From NCBI GenBank assembly GCA_963665615.2, contig CAXXQE010000001.1:201151-265150 (forward strand): 64,000 nucleotides of DNA. The letters run 5' to 3'. Positions 55,079 through 64,000 of the stretch are shown here, piece after piece. The notes under the pieces are model-generated. The model was not told the DNA's origin, made no database searches, and was given only the letters and a program-made list of their open reading frames with translations. Both the position numbers and the translations under genes were made by a program. Position 1 is the stretch's first letter. Every line of letters starts with the position of its first letter. Source of the stretch: Syntrophales bacterium. GTDB lineage: Bacteria; Desulfobacterota; Syntrophia; Syntrophales; UBA4778.

Positions 55079-58027
55079 ATGAATCACAAGTTTCTCTATA
55101 AGGCCATTTGTTTTCTGATCGTCGGAATGATCAGCCTGATTTATTCCGGTGCCAGTATGGCCGATGATGAGGAAGGGCTCTTCACGTCCGTGGCGCCGGA
55201 TGCCTTGATTATTCTGGATCTGTCCGGGAGTATGGCATGGAATCCAGCAGCAAGCACCAATATCTGGTCAGATTCGACCTGCACGGGAACTTATTATAGC
55301 TCCTCAGGGGGAACCCATACGACCAACTGCAGCCGGTTGGCCATTGCAAAGAGGGCCATTTTTAAAATTTTCGATGACAACGGTGATGGGACAATCAGCA
55401 ACGCTGACGAAACCCGACTCAATATCCGGTTTGGTTATATGCGTTTTTACAATGGCGATGATACGGCTGGAAATTATAGCAGCGGCAATATCCAGCTGAT
55501 CAAAGGGATCGGTACGCATTACAGCACGATATATTGCGCGAACTCGACGAGTTGTACGATAACCAGCGGCTCTGCTTCCTCCAACTGCGTCAATGGCGAA
55601 TCCGCCAGTGGCGGTACCCCGCTCGCGTCTGCATTCGGCGAGGCCAAATCCTATCTTGACTACCATAAGAGTCAAGATACGGCAAAAGACTGCCGCCAGA
55701 AATTCGTGATCGTGATCACGGACGGAGCGGATACCTATGCGTGCAGCGGCGATGGATCTGAAACGCAAACCACCATGTACAAGCGCAGAAGAGAGACGGT
55801 GGCCAGGGTGAAGGCGCTGGCTGATGCGGGCTACAAGGTTTTCGTCATCGGATTTGGGGCCAGTATGCCCGATTACCTGGAAAATACACTGAACTGGATG
55901 GCTTATTACGGATCGACGGATAATCCGGATGTGGCCAATGCAGGGAATACGTCTGCTTTCACGCCTCCGACGGTGGGTACCTGCACCAGTTCAACTACGA
56001 CGGGAACCTGTGACGGCAGTCATACGAATTGCTATGCCACGTCAAATGATCCCGGAAACACCGTGTTGAGCGGTTATGCCTTCTTGGCCGCAAGCGCCGG
56101 CGATCTGTCTGATGCCCTGAAGTCCACCATCGATGTCATTCGGCAGGCCAATTATTCATTTTCCCAGGCATCAATCCAGGTGTCTCGGTTGAGCAGCGAA
56201 AACTTTCTTTTTGAGGGTTCCTTTGAGCCCCTTAACAACGAGCCTTCATGGATCGGCCATTTAAAAAAGTATCAGATCAATAACGATGGTTCCGTCGGCA
56301 ACGTCTTGTGGGATGCTGGGACGATTCTGCAGAATACGGCTTCGACTTCCCGCAATGTGCTGACTTCCCGTAATGGCTCGATGGTCACGTTTAACAACGT
56401 GAATGTGTCCCAGGCCGATGCGACCGTTTCGACGGCGGCGGCGCTTAATCTGGTTATAGGTTATCTCACCGGAGATACGACTTATAATATCGAGAACTGG
56501 AAACTCGGAGATGTCTTCCGGTCGACACCCATCACGATTTCAACGCCATCGATCGATTACTATGATGCACGCGACACCAATCAGGCGTTTGCCTCTTTCC
56601 GGAGTTCCAATTCCAGAACATCCGACAATGGTAAGAGAATGATTGTCGTTGGTGCCAACGATGGGCAACTCCATGCCTTTAAAACAGGGACAGGCGCCGA
56701 GTCGTGGAGTATTGTTCCCCCCAACCTCATTCCCAAACTGAAGTATATTGCCCACAACACGCATCCCACGGCGTTGCAGCATCAGTATTTTGTCGATGGC
56801 CAGCTCAATGTGGCGGATGTCTGGCTCGGGACCGGCAGCGGAAGCGCCAAATCAGCTTCAGACTGGAAGACGCTTCTGGTGATGGGGGAAGGCAGGGGCG
56901 GGACCAGCTACCTATGGAGTTCGTCAGCCTATTGTAATTCGGACTTCACTGCCAATTATTCGACAACTTATCCCTATTATTGTGGCATTTACGCATTCGA
57001 CGTGACAACACCCATCTCACCGACTTATAAGTGGCATCTGAATCCTACGGTGTCTCAGGCCCCCTATCTCGGCGATCCCTGGGGCAAGATGCGAATCAGC
57101 AAGGTTCTTATAAATGGTTATGAGAAGTGGGTCGGTTTTGTCGGGGCTGGCTACAACGCATCTGATTGTGCCGGCGCGTCATGTGATACGTCCGGAAAGG
57201 GATTCCTGGTGGTAGATCTTTCCAACGGGGACATCCTCTGGAGTTATACTCATGCGGATAATTCCAGTCTGGTTTACAGCATGCCAGCAACTCCGCTTTA
57301 TGTAGATAGCGATCTCGATGATTTTGTCGATACGGTTTACATCGGGGATATGGGGGGTAATATTTGGCGATTCAAATTCTGCAAGGCCTCGGACGGCACC
57401 TCCTGTAATACGTCAAGCTGGGCGGGAGGGCTTTTTTACAACGCCGCTGGAACGGGCAGACCGATCTATACGACACCAACTGCGACTTGGGATGTCAACA
57501 AGAACTTTTGGATTCACTGGGGGACGGGGGATAAGTCCGATCCGACTACAGCGAACGCCAATGAGAAAATATTCGGACTGAGGGATAATGACCGTTCCTC
57601 AACTTACACAATCAGCAATTTGGATAACATTACGTCGACGACGTATAACATCAATTCGAGTCAGCAGGGTTGGTATGTCAGTCTCAATGGCGAGAAGGTA
57701 CTGGCGGATCCAACAGTTTATGGCGGGGTTCTTTATTTTACAACCTATGCTGATCCAGTCAGTAACAACGTTTGCGATCAATCCGGTTCGGCTTACCTGT
57801 ATGGGATCAATTATATCACTGGTGCTGGCGCCCTTAGCAGCGGCGCCAGAAAGCAAGGGATCGGGTCAGGCATCGCTGCCGCGCCTCTCGTTTCACAGGG
57901 ACCTAACGGGCAAACGGGGCTTTATATCAAAACCAGCAGCGGGTCGACCGGCCTGAGCAATGTTACGCTCAACACGCCAAAAAATTACAACAATATTCTC
58001 TATTGGAAGGATAAGAGACTGGAGTAG
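55079..58027 (+). CDS. pilY1: PilY1-like pilus tip protein with an N-terminal vWA domain (module 2)
   Basis: 982 aa with a signal peptide. vWA motifs: LIILDLSGSM and VIVITDGADT. PilY1 motifs: VVGANDGQLHAF and VYIGDMGGNIWRF. Confidence 0.8.
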   Translation: MNHKFLYKAICFLIVGMISLIYSGASMADDEEGLFTSVAPDALIILDLSGSMAWNPAASTNIWSDSTCTGTYYSSSGGTHTTNCSRLAIAKRAIFKIFDDNGDGTISNADETRLNIRFGYMRFYNGDDTAGNYSSGNIQLIKGIGTHYSTIYCANSTSCTITSGSASSNCVNGESASGGTPLASAFGEAKSYLDYHKSQDTAKDCRQKFVIVITDGADTYACSGDGSETQTTMYKRRRETVARVKALADAGYKVFVIGFGASMPDYLENTLNWMAYYGSTDNPDVANAGNTSAFTPPTVGTCTSSTTTGTCDGSHTNCYATSNDPGNTVLSGYAFLAASAGDLSDALKSTIDVIRQANYSFSQASIQVSRLSSENFLFEGSFEPLNNEPSWIGHLKKYQINNDGSVGNVLWDAGTILQNTASTSRNVLTSRNGSMVTFNNVNVSQADATVSTAAALNLVIGYLTGDTTYNIENWKLGDVFRSTPITISTPSIDYYDARDTNQAFASFRSSNSRTSDNGKRMIVVGANDGQLHAFKTGTGAESWSIVPPNLIPKLKYIAHNTHPTALQHQYFVDGQLNVADVWLGTGSGSAKSASDWKTLLVMGEGRGGTSYLWSSSAYCNSDFTANYSTTYPYYCGIYAFDVTTPISPTYKWHLNPTVSQAPYLGDPWGKMRISKVLINGYEKWVGFVGAGYNASDCAGASCDTSGKGFLVVDLSNGDILWSYTHADNSSLVYSMPATPLYVDSDLDDFVDTVYIGDMGGNIWRFKFCKASDGTSCNTSSWAGGLFYNAAGTGRPIYTTPTATWDVNKNFWIHWGTGDKSDPTTANANEKIFGLRDNDRSSTYTISNLDNITSTTYNINSSQQGWYVSLNGEKVLADPTVYGGVLYFTTYADPVSNNVCDQSGSAYLYGINYITGAGALSSGARKQGIGSGIAAAPLVSQGPNGQTGLYIKTSSGSTGLSNVTLNTPKNYNNILYWKDKRLE

Positions 58028-58074
58028 CTGCAGTGGGAATTTAACCTGGACATTTTTTTGGTGTTTATCCTTTT

Positions 58075-58106
58075 AAAAGTTGGCCCTTCGAGGCCAACTT
58101 TTTTTA
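58075..58106 (+). terminator. Rho-independent terminator after pilY1 (module 2)
   Basis: AGTTGGCC CTTCGA GGCCAACT followed by T7. Confidence 0.8.
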
Positions 58107-58255
58107 TGTCCGAAAGACGATTTCCATACAGGAGGAGGAAGTTGTTGTGTTCGCAACATTTCTTGGAGATTTGTTTCAGCGATAAATGAGGGTGATCGAA
58201 TCCGGTTTTTGTGCTATAAACCGCCCACTTCTCCTTAAAAGCATTGGGATGACAT

Positions 58256-59923
58256 ATGAAAAAACAGATTATCGACATGCTTCAGGAATCGATTCTGCTT
58301 TGTGCAGAGCGGGGTCTCCTGCCTTTGGCGGACTTCCGTGGAACGATCGACCTGGAAAATACCAAAGATTCTGCCTTCGGCGACTACGCCTCCAATCTCG
58401 CAATGGTGCTGGCTTCGGTGGCCAAGGACAAGCCTCGTAAGATCGCTGAGACGCTGATCGCCCAGCTTCAGGACAGAGACGGGATCCTAGAGAAGGTCGA
58501 GATTGCGGGCCCCGGCTTCATCAATTTTTTCGTACGTGATCGCATCTGGGCTGCGCTGCTCGCCGACATCCATCGTCTGGGCGAAGGCTACGGCCAATCG
58601 GATTTCGGCACCGGCAAGCGCGTTCAGGTGGAATTCGTCAGTGCGAACCCGACGGGACCGCTCCACATTGGCCATGCCCGCGGGGCGGTGATCGGAGATG
58701 TCGTTGCCAATATCTTGACCGCCGCAGGCTTCGATGTTTTGAAAGAATACTATATCAATGATGTCGGCAAGCAGATGAATACCCTAGGTCGTTCGGTGCT
58801 GCTGCGCTACCGGGAAATCTGCGGCCGGACAATCGAATTTCCCGCCGATCACTATCAGGGCGATTACATTGCCGATCTGGCCCGTGAGATCCTTCAGAAA
58901 GAGGGTGAGGTCTTTCTGGACAAGGAAGAAAAGGAAATTCTAGGTTACTTCACCAAGTATGCCGCCGACTCGATCATGGACGGGATCAAGGCAGATCTGG
59001 CGTCCTTCGGTGTCACCTTCGACAACTACTTCAGCGAACGCGACCTTTACAAGGACAACGGGGTACTGGGACTCCTTGATCGGTTAAAAAGCAAAGATGT
59101 TGTTTATCAGGAGGGCGACACTCTCTGGTTTCGAACGACGGCCTTTGGCGATGAGAAGGATCGGGTTGTCATTCGTGAGACCGGGGAGCCAACCTATTTT
59201 GCGGCGGACATTGCTTACCACAAAAACAAGTTCGAACGCGGCTTCGACGCCGTCGTCGATATCTGGGGCGCGGATCATCACGGCTATATTCCGCGAGTGA
59301 AGGCTGCGATTGCTGCTGTGGGCAACGATCCGGAGGCTCTCAAGATCATTCTGGTGCAGTTGGTCAGCCTGCTCAGAGGCGGTAAGCCCGTAGCCATGTC
59401 CACCAGGGCGGGCGAATTCGTTACCCTGCGCGAGGTTGTCGATGAGGTCGGCAAGGACGCGGCCCGTTACAACTTCCTCATGCGGCGTTCGGACAGCCAC
59501 CTTGATTTCGATTTGGAGTTGGCCAAGAAACAGTCCAACGAAAACCCAGTCTATTACGTTCAGTATGCTCATGCGCGGATCTGCAGTATCGCACGCATGG
59601 CGGCAGAAAAAGGGTTGAAATTGCCGATGCTCGAAGAAGTCGACCTGAGCCTTTTGACGGTCCCGGAGGAACTTCAACTGATCAAGACGATCACGCGTTA
59701 TCCGGAGATCGTCGAACAGAGCGCGCGACTCCTCGAACCCCACCGGTTTACTTTCTATCTCAACGATTTAGCCGCGATCTTCCACAGCTACTACAACAAA
59801 AACAAGGTCGTTTCGGAGGAGTTGGACCTCAGCAGGGCGCGGCTTTTCCTGATGCTGTGTATCGGGACGGTGCTGCGAAATGCACTGCATATTCTAGGCG
59901 TACAGGCACCGGAGAAGATGTAG
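58256..59923 (+). CDS. argS: Arginine--tRNA ligase
   Basis: 555 aa. Class I HIGH motif region [15 protein letters not shown] and an arginyl-tRNA-synthetase-like C-terminal anticodon-binding domain. Confidence 0.95.
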   Translation: MKKQIIDMLQESILLCAERGLLPLADFRGTIDLENTKDSAFGDYASNLAMVLASVAKDKPRKIAETLIAQLQDRDGILEKVEIAGPGFINFFVRDRIWAALLADIHRLGEGYGQSDFGTGKRVQVEFVSANPTGPLHIGHARGAVIGDVVANILTAAGFDVLKEYYINDVGKQMNTLGRSVLLRYREICGRTIEFPADHYQGDYIADLAREILQKEGEVFLDKEEKEILGYFTKYAADSIMDGIKADLASFGVTFDNYFSERDLYKDNGVLGLLDRLKSKDVVYQEGDTLWFRTTAFGDEKDRVVIRETGEPTYFAADIAYHKNKFERGFDAVVDIWGADHHGYIPRVKAAIAAVGNDPEALKIILVQLVSLLRGGKPVAMSTRAGEFVTLREVVDEVGKDAARYNFLMRRSDSHLDFDLELAKKQSNENPVYYVQYAHARICSIARMAAEKGLKLPMLEEVDLSLLTVPEELQLIKTITRYPEIVEQSARLLEPHRFTFYLNDLAAIFHSYYNKNKVVSEELDLSRARLFLMLCIGTVLRNALHILGVQAPEKM

Positions 59924-59972
59924 GCCGCACCAGCTGTGCGTTATTCCTTCTTTTGTGTGAGAGGGTCTCGTT

Positions 59973-60692
59973 ATGTTTATCGGTCCTAGGGGTACGGACG
60001 GTTTTGAGTTTAGACTAGGTAAACTGGGGCTAACCCTTTTTGTTGTCGGGATGGCCTGCCTCGTCTTTGCCGCCTTTCAGTGTGGCGTCATGGTGGGAAA
60101 GGATATGGAGGCCTATCCGGAAAAGGCCGTTGAGGGACTCCCCGGCTTCATTAAAAATAAAATCGCGGCCGAAAACCGGATGCCGGCGCCTCCCGTCGTA
60201 AAAGAGCAGGACACGTATGACAAACCGTCGGACAAGTCGGACGTGGACTTGACCTTTTATGATACCTTGGGAGGGAAAAAGCCGGAGCCCGGTATAACGC
60301 CGCCTGTCGAAAGCGTTGCTAAACAACCAGTTGCGGAACCGGTCAAAGAGCAGTTGAAAGAGCAGCCGATCAAGCCCGTCAAGAAAGAAGAAACCGAAAA
60401 GTCTAAAGTCGCGGGCAAGAAAGAGGATGCGGAAAAGCCAAAGTCCGAGATCCGAAAAGGGGACTTTGTCGTTCAAGTCGTTTCCATGAAGGATGAGAAA
60501 AAGGCCAGGGAAATTTCCCAGCGCCTCAAGGACGGCGGCTATCGCTCTGAGGTTGATGCAACGGAGATCGATGGCAAGAAGATGTATCGTGTCCGCATCC
60601 CCGGATTTGCTTCCCGGGACGAGGCCAACAAGGCGGCAACTGCGATCGAAAAGAAAAATCAATATAAGTGCCTGGTGCATGAAGTAAAATAG
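59973..60692 (+). CDS. SPOR-domain protein
   Basis: 239 aa. N-terminal TM segment, Pro/Lys/Glu-rich linker and C-terminal SPOR-like FVVQVVSMKDEKKAREISQRLKDGGY...YRVRIPGFASRDEANKAA. Confidence 0.75.
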   Translation: MFIGPRGTDGFEFRLGKLGLTLFVVGMACLVFAAFQCGVMVGKDMEAYPEKAVEGLPGFIKNKIAAENRMPAPPVVKEQDTYDKPSDKSDVDLTFYDTLGGKKPEPGITPPVESVAKQPVAEPVKEQLKEQPIKPVKKEETEKSKVAGKKEDAEKPKSEIRKGDFVVQVVSMKDEKKAREISQRLKDGGYRSEVDATEIDGKKMYRVRIPGFASRDEANKAATAIEKKNQYKCLVHEVK

Positions 60693-60709
60693 CATGATGG
60701 AGCGCGTTG

Positions 60710-62044
60710 ATGTTTGAGAATCTAACCGAACGGCTGGACGGCATTTTCAGAAAGCTCAAGGGGCACGGACGCCTCGACGAGGAGAATGTCAACGCCGCGT
60801 TGAAGGATATTCGCATGGCCTTGTTGGAGGCGGATGTCAATTTCAAGGTTGTCAAGAAATTCATAGAGGATATTCGCAGCCGGGCGATCGGTCAGGACGT
60901 ACTCGCGTCGCTCACCCCCGGTCAGCAGATCGTCAAGATCGTCCATGATCGGCTGATCGAACTGATGGGGGGGGGAGCAAACCATCTAAAGCTCTCGGGA
61001 CGCTTTCCGGCCCCGGTGATGATGGTCGGCTTGCAGGGATGCGGAAAGACGACGACGACGGCGAAGCTCGCCAAGTATCTTATGGCGCAGGGAAAGCGGG
61101 TGTCGCTGGTTTCCGTCGACGTGTACCGGCCGGCCGCCATGGAACAACTCAAGATCCTGGCCAATGAGATCGGGGCGGGCATTTATGACGCACAGGAGAT
61201 TACCGATCCGCTCAAACGCTGCAACGAGGCCATCAAGACGGCTTCGTCGGGTGGTTACGACACCCTTCTTATCGATACGGCCGGTCGTCTCCACATCGAC
61301 GAGGAGATGATGGATGAACTCAAACGGATTCAAGCGGCCGTCCATCCCTCCGAGGTCATCCTGACGGCGGACGCCATGACCGGTCAGGATGCCGTCTCCA
61401 TCGCCGAGAAGTTTAACGACCTCCTCGGTATTGACGGGATTGTACTGACCAAGATGGACGGCGATGCGCGCGGCGGCGCGGCCCTTTCCATCCGCGAGGT
61501 GACAGGCAAGCCCATCAAGTTCATCGGTGTGGGCGAAAAACTCGACGCCTTGGAGGTCTTTCATGCTGAACGAATGGCTTCACGCATCCTCGGTATGGGG
61601 GATATCCTTACTCTGGTTGAAAAGGCCCAGAACGCGATCGACGAAAAGGCCGCGCGGGAACTTGAGAAAAAAATCCGGAAGGACTCCTTTACCCTGGAGG
61701 ATTTTCGCGATCAGTTGACTCAGATTCGGAAGATGGGGTCACTCAAGGACATCCTGTCGATGATTCCCGGCTTTAGCAAGGTCAAGGCCCTCAAGGATAT
61801 CAATCCGGACGAAAAGGAACTGGTTCGGACGGCAGCCATTATAGACTCGATGACCAGGAAAGAACGTCAGAATTATCTGATCATCGACGGCCAGCGGCGT
61901 AAGCGGATTGCGAAGGGCAGTGGCACAACGGTTCAGGATGTGAACCGGCTTTTAAAGAGCTACGCTGAGATGCTCAAGATGATGAAGCGGATGTCCAAGG
62001 GGGGGATGAAATCATTTCGCGGCGGCAGATTCCCCTTTCAATGA
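60710..62044 (+). CDS. ffh: Signal recognition particle protein Ffh
   Basis: MFENLTERLDGIF.., GTPase motifs GLQGCGKTTT and DTAGRL, and a Met-rich M domain. Confidence 0.95.
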   Translation: MFENLTERLDGIFRKLKGHGRLDEENVNAALKDIRMALLEADVNFKVVKKFIEDIRSRAIGQDVLASLTPGQQIVKIVHDRLIELMGGGANHLKLSGRFPAPVMMVGLQGCGKTTTTAKLAKYLMAQGKRVSLVSVDVYRPAAMEQLKILANEIGAGIYDAQEITDPLKRCNEAIKTASSGGYDTLLIDTAGRLHIDEEMMDELKRIQAAVHPSEVILTADAMTGQDAVSIAEKFNDLLGIDGIVLTKMDGDARGGAALSIREVTGKPIKFIGVGEKLDALEVFHAERMASRILGMGDILTLVEKAQNAIDEKAARELEKKIRKDSFTLEDFRDQLTQIRKMGSLKDILSMIPGFSKVKALKDINPDEKELVRTAAIIDSMTRKERQNYLIIDGQRRKRIAKGSGTTVQDVNRLLKSYAEMLKMMKRMSKGGMKSFRGGRFPFQ

Positions 62045-62103
62045 TAAAAATAATGTGTTAAATCTAAACTTTAAAAAATGTCTTGGAGGTATGGAACAAA
62101 AGA

Positions 62104-62361
62104 ATGGCTCTTAAAATCAGACTGACCCGCATGGGCGCCACGAAGAAACCATTTTACAGGATCATTGTCACTGAATCCGAATCCCCACGCGATGGGCGTT
62201 TTATTGAGATTCTGGGCAATTACGATCCCAAAAAGAACCCCGTAGAGATCAATGTAAAGAAGGACCGCGTTATCGAATGGCTTTCCAAGGGTGCCAAACC
62301 GACCCTTACGGTTTCGCATTTATTAGAAAAATCAGGTGTTTCCGTAAAACAAGCCCGTTAA
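62104..62361 (+). CDS. rpsP: 30S ribosomal protein S16
   Basis: [22 protein letters not shown].. starting at the internal ATG 62104 of ORF 62083... Confidence 0.95.
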   Translation: MALKIRLTRMGATKKPFYRIIVTESESPRDGRFIEILGNYDPKKNPVEINVKKDRVIEWLSKGAKPTLTVSHLLEKSGVSVKQAR

Positions 62362-62421
62362 ACCGCCTTTAAGTTTCTTTTCAGAAGAAGCGTGCTCATA
62401 AAACGTGAGGAGGTTGTGGCT

Positions 62422-62652
62422 ATGAAGGATTTGATCAAGTACATCGCTGAAGCGCTCGTTGACCGTCCAGAGGAAGTTGATGTGGTCGAGGTGCAGGGTG
62501 AGCAAACGACCGTCATTGAACTGCGCGTTTCCAAGGAAGATCTCGGAAAGGTGATCGGCAAACAGGGAAAGACTGCCAAAGCGATGAGGACAATCCTCAG
62601 CGCCGCCTCAGCGAAGGTAAAAAAGAGGGCCGTCCTGGAAATTATCGAATAG
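62422..62652 (+). CDS. KH-domain RNA-binding protein (YlqC/UPF0109)
   Basis: [19 protein letters not shown]...[18 protein letters not shown]. It sits at the conserved position between rpsP and rimM. Confidence 0.85.
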   Translation: MKDLIKYIAEALVDRPEEVDVVEVQGEQTTVIELRVSKEDLGKVIGKQGKTAKAMRTILSAASAKVKKRAVLEIIE

Positions 62653-62653
62653 C

Positions 62654-63151
62654 GTGAAACACCTCCTGGAGATTGGGAAAATCGTGAGACCTCACGGCCT
62701 CAAAGGCGCCGTGAAGGTCTCTTCTTATCTTGAGTCGAATGAGATCGTCGGCAGACTCGAAGAAGTTTTCATTAAAACGCAACAAGGTCTTGAAGCGTTT
62801 CGTCTCAAAAAAGCCAAACTCACTAACAAGGGGTTTCTCTTGGAACTGGTCGGCGTGGAAGATGCGACAGCGGCCGAGCAAATCATCGGCTGCGAGATTC
62901 TGATGCGAGCCGAAGATCTCGACGTTTTGCCGGAAGGGGAATACTACTGGAAGGATCTGATCGGTCTTGCCGTCGAGGATGCAAGTGGCAAGCCTCTGGG
63001 CGTCATTGAGTCCATTTTCCCGACGGGCAGCAACGATGTTCTTGTATGTCGCGGGGATCGAGAGATCCTCCTGCCTGCCATTGCCGAAGTTGTGAGGGAA
63101 ATCGATATCGAAAAAGGCAGAATGATTGTCAACCTGCTGGAAGGTCTGTGA
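62654..63151 (+). CDS. rimM: 16S rRNA processing protein RimM
   Basis: 165 aa with a GTG start. Motifs: IGKIVRPHGLKGAVKV and a PRC-barrel C-terminus. Confidence 0.9.
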   Translation: MKHLLEIGKIVRPHGLKGAVKVSSYLESNEIVGRLEEVFIKTQQGLEAFRLKKAKLTNKGFLLELVGVEDATAAEQIIGCEILMRAEDLDVLPEGEYYWKDLIGLAVEDASGKPLGVIESIFPTGSNDVLVCRGDREILLPAIAEVVREIDIEKGRMIVNLLEGL

Positions 63152-63157
63152 GAGGGG

Positions 63158-63895
63158 ATGATCCGCTTTGACATTCTATCGCTTTTCCCTGAGATGTTCG
63201 TCTCACCGTTCGACGCCAGTCTGATTAAGAAGGCGCGGGAAAAGAAAATCCTTGAAATCAATGTGATCGATATCCGCGCTTTTGCTGAAGACAAGCACAA
63301 GATGGCGGACGATTATCCTTACGGTGGCGGCCACGGCATGGTCATGAAGATCGAGCCGGTCTCCCGGGCGATCGCCTCGCTCGATCCCCAGGAAGGCGAT
63401 CCCGTCATCCTTCTGACCCCTCAGGGCGAATCCTTCAATCACAAGATTGCCGTGGAATTGTCGGCATATTCGCGCCTCATCCTTCTCTGCGGCCACTATG
63501 AGGGGGTGGATGAACGGATTCGAGAGCACCTGGTTACGCGGGAAATCTCCATCGGGGACTATGTCCTCACCGGCGGCGAAATTCCCGCCATGATCCTCGT
63601 GGACAGCATCGCCAGACTGGTGCCCGGCGTACTCGGCAATGCAGGGTCGGCCCTTGGTGATTCCTTTTCCGAAGGGCTGCTGGAATATCCGCAATATACC
63701 CGCCCCGCCGAATACAGGGGCTGGCGGGTTCCTGAAGTTCTTCTCTCCGGCCATCACCGTGAAATCGAGCTTTGGCGCAAACGGGAGTCGTTGAAACGCA
63801 CCCTTGCCCGAAGACCGGAGCTAATCGAGGCGGCGGAACTATCCGACGAAGACAGGAAGATCCTGGAGGCAATAAAGAAAAACGATATCTCGTAG
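63158..63895 (+). CDS. trmD: tRNA (guanine37-N1)-methyltransferase TrmD
   Basis: 245 aa. Motifs: [25 protein letters not shown] and [10 protein letters not shown]. Confidence 0.95.
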   Translation: MIRFDILSLFPEMFVSPFDASLIKKAREKKILEINVIDIRAFAEDKHKMADDYPYGGGHGMVMKIEPVSRAIASLDPQEGDPVILLTPQGESFNHKIAVELSAYSRLILLCGHYEGVDERIREHLVTREISIGDYVLTGGEIPAMILVDSIARLVPGVLGNAGSALGDSFSEGLLEYPQYTRPAEYRGWRVPEVLLSGHHREIELWRKRESLKRTLARRPELIEAAELSDEDRKILEAIKKNDIS

Positions 63896-63921
63896 CAAAT
63901 CGAGGTTAAGGACAGGGAAAC

Positions 63922-64000
63922 GTGTATTCCGCTTCTGTCTACATTGCACTCATGCACTTTCCCGTTTACAACCGTAACGGCCAGGTTGTGACGACAGCGG
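63922..64000 (+). CDS. 5' fragment of a probable SAM-dependent RNA methyltransferase-like gene (truncated by the window edge)
   Basis: A GTG-initiated frame encodes VYSASVYIALMHFPVYNRNGQVVTTA. This resembles, from memory, the N-terminus of the small RNA methyltransferase family often found after trmD. Only 26 codons are visible. Confidence 0.3.
   Translation, partial: MYSASVYIALMHFPVYNRNGQVVTTA

Overview
This 64-kb window looks like it comes from an anaerobic Desulfobacterota/Syntrophia-type bacterium. That assignment is inferred from gene content only: ferredoxin-dependent 2-oxoacid oxidoreductase, an Ahb-type alternative heme gene, a MOP-type molybdenum aldehyde oxidoreductase and a DsrC/TusE-like protein. 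From 0.1 to 19.6 kb lies an accessory redox cluster. It holds a secreted BNR beta-propeller plus an RND transporter, and five copies of an uncharacterised winged-helix / poly-cysteine / ferredoxin module. One of those copies is fused to a GltD/NfnB-like flavoprotein and one carries a frameshift. The same cluster also holds an OYE/FadH-type reductase, a XylB-like aryl-alcohol dehydrogenase, the aldehyde oxidoreductase and a single-Cys TusE-like protein. A truncated acyl-CoA ligase and an ISL3 transposase remnant interrupt it. The cluster ends 120 bp from the 3' end of ssrA (tmRNA), which is followed by smpB. The middle of the window carries mostly housekeeping genes: ttcA, eno, a GAF-HD-GYP protein, an ADP-forming acyl-CoA synthetase, a CoA-transferase-GNAT fusion, engB, flavodoxin, atpZ-atpI-atpB, hemL, an ahb-like gene, a detached atpE, an ArfB-like factor, a korDABC-ACT operon, an MBL hydrolase, an orphan NusG paralog, a COG2509 flavoprotein and ribD. 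From 46.6 to 58.0 kb, two tandem fimT-pilV-pilW-pilX-pilY1(vWA) minor-pilin modules flank pilD. The window ends with argS, a SPOR gene and ffh-rpsP-KH-rimM-trmD. Intergenic DNA carries at least four dispersed repeat families: a 118-bp element in six copies, GTNACRR heptad arrays, a CGCAATGAC palindrome and a GGCTGTTCAAAAAGG-ended hairpin element. Three genes are broken by a single extra base in a G/C homopolymer, which points to sequencing error or, for the pilin gene, possibly phase variation. No rRNA genes, CRISPR arrays, stand-alone tRNA genes or intact mobile elements were seen.
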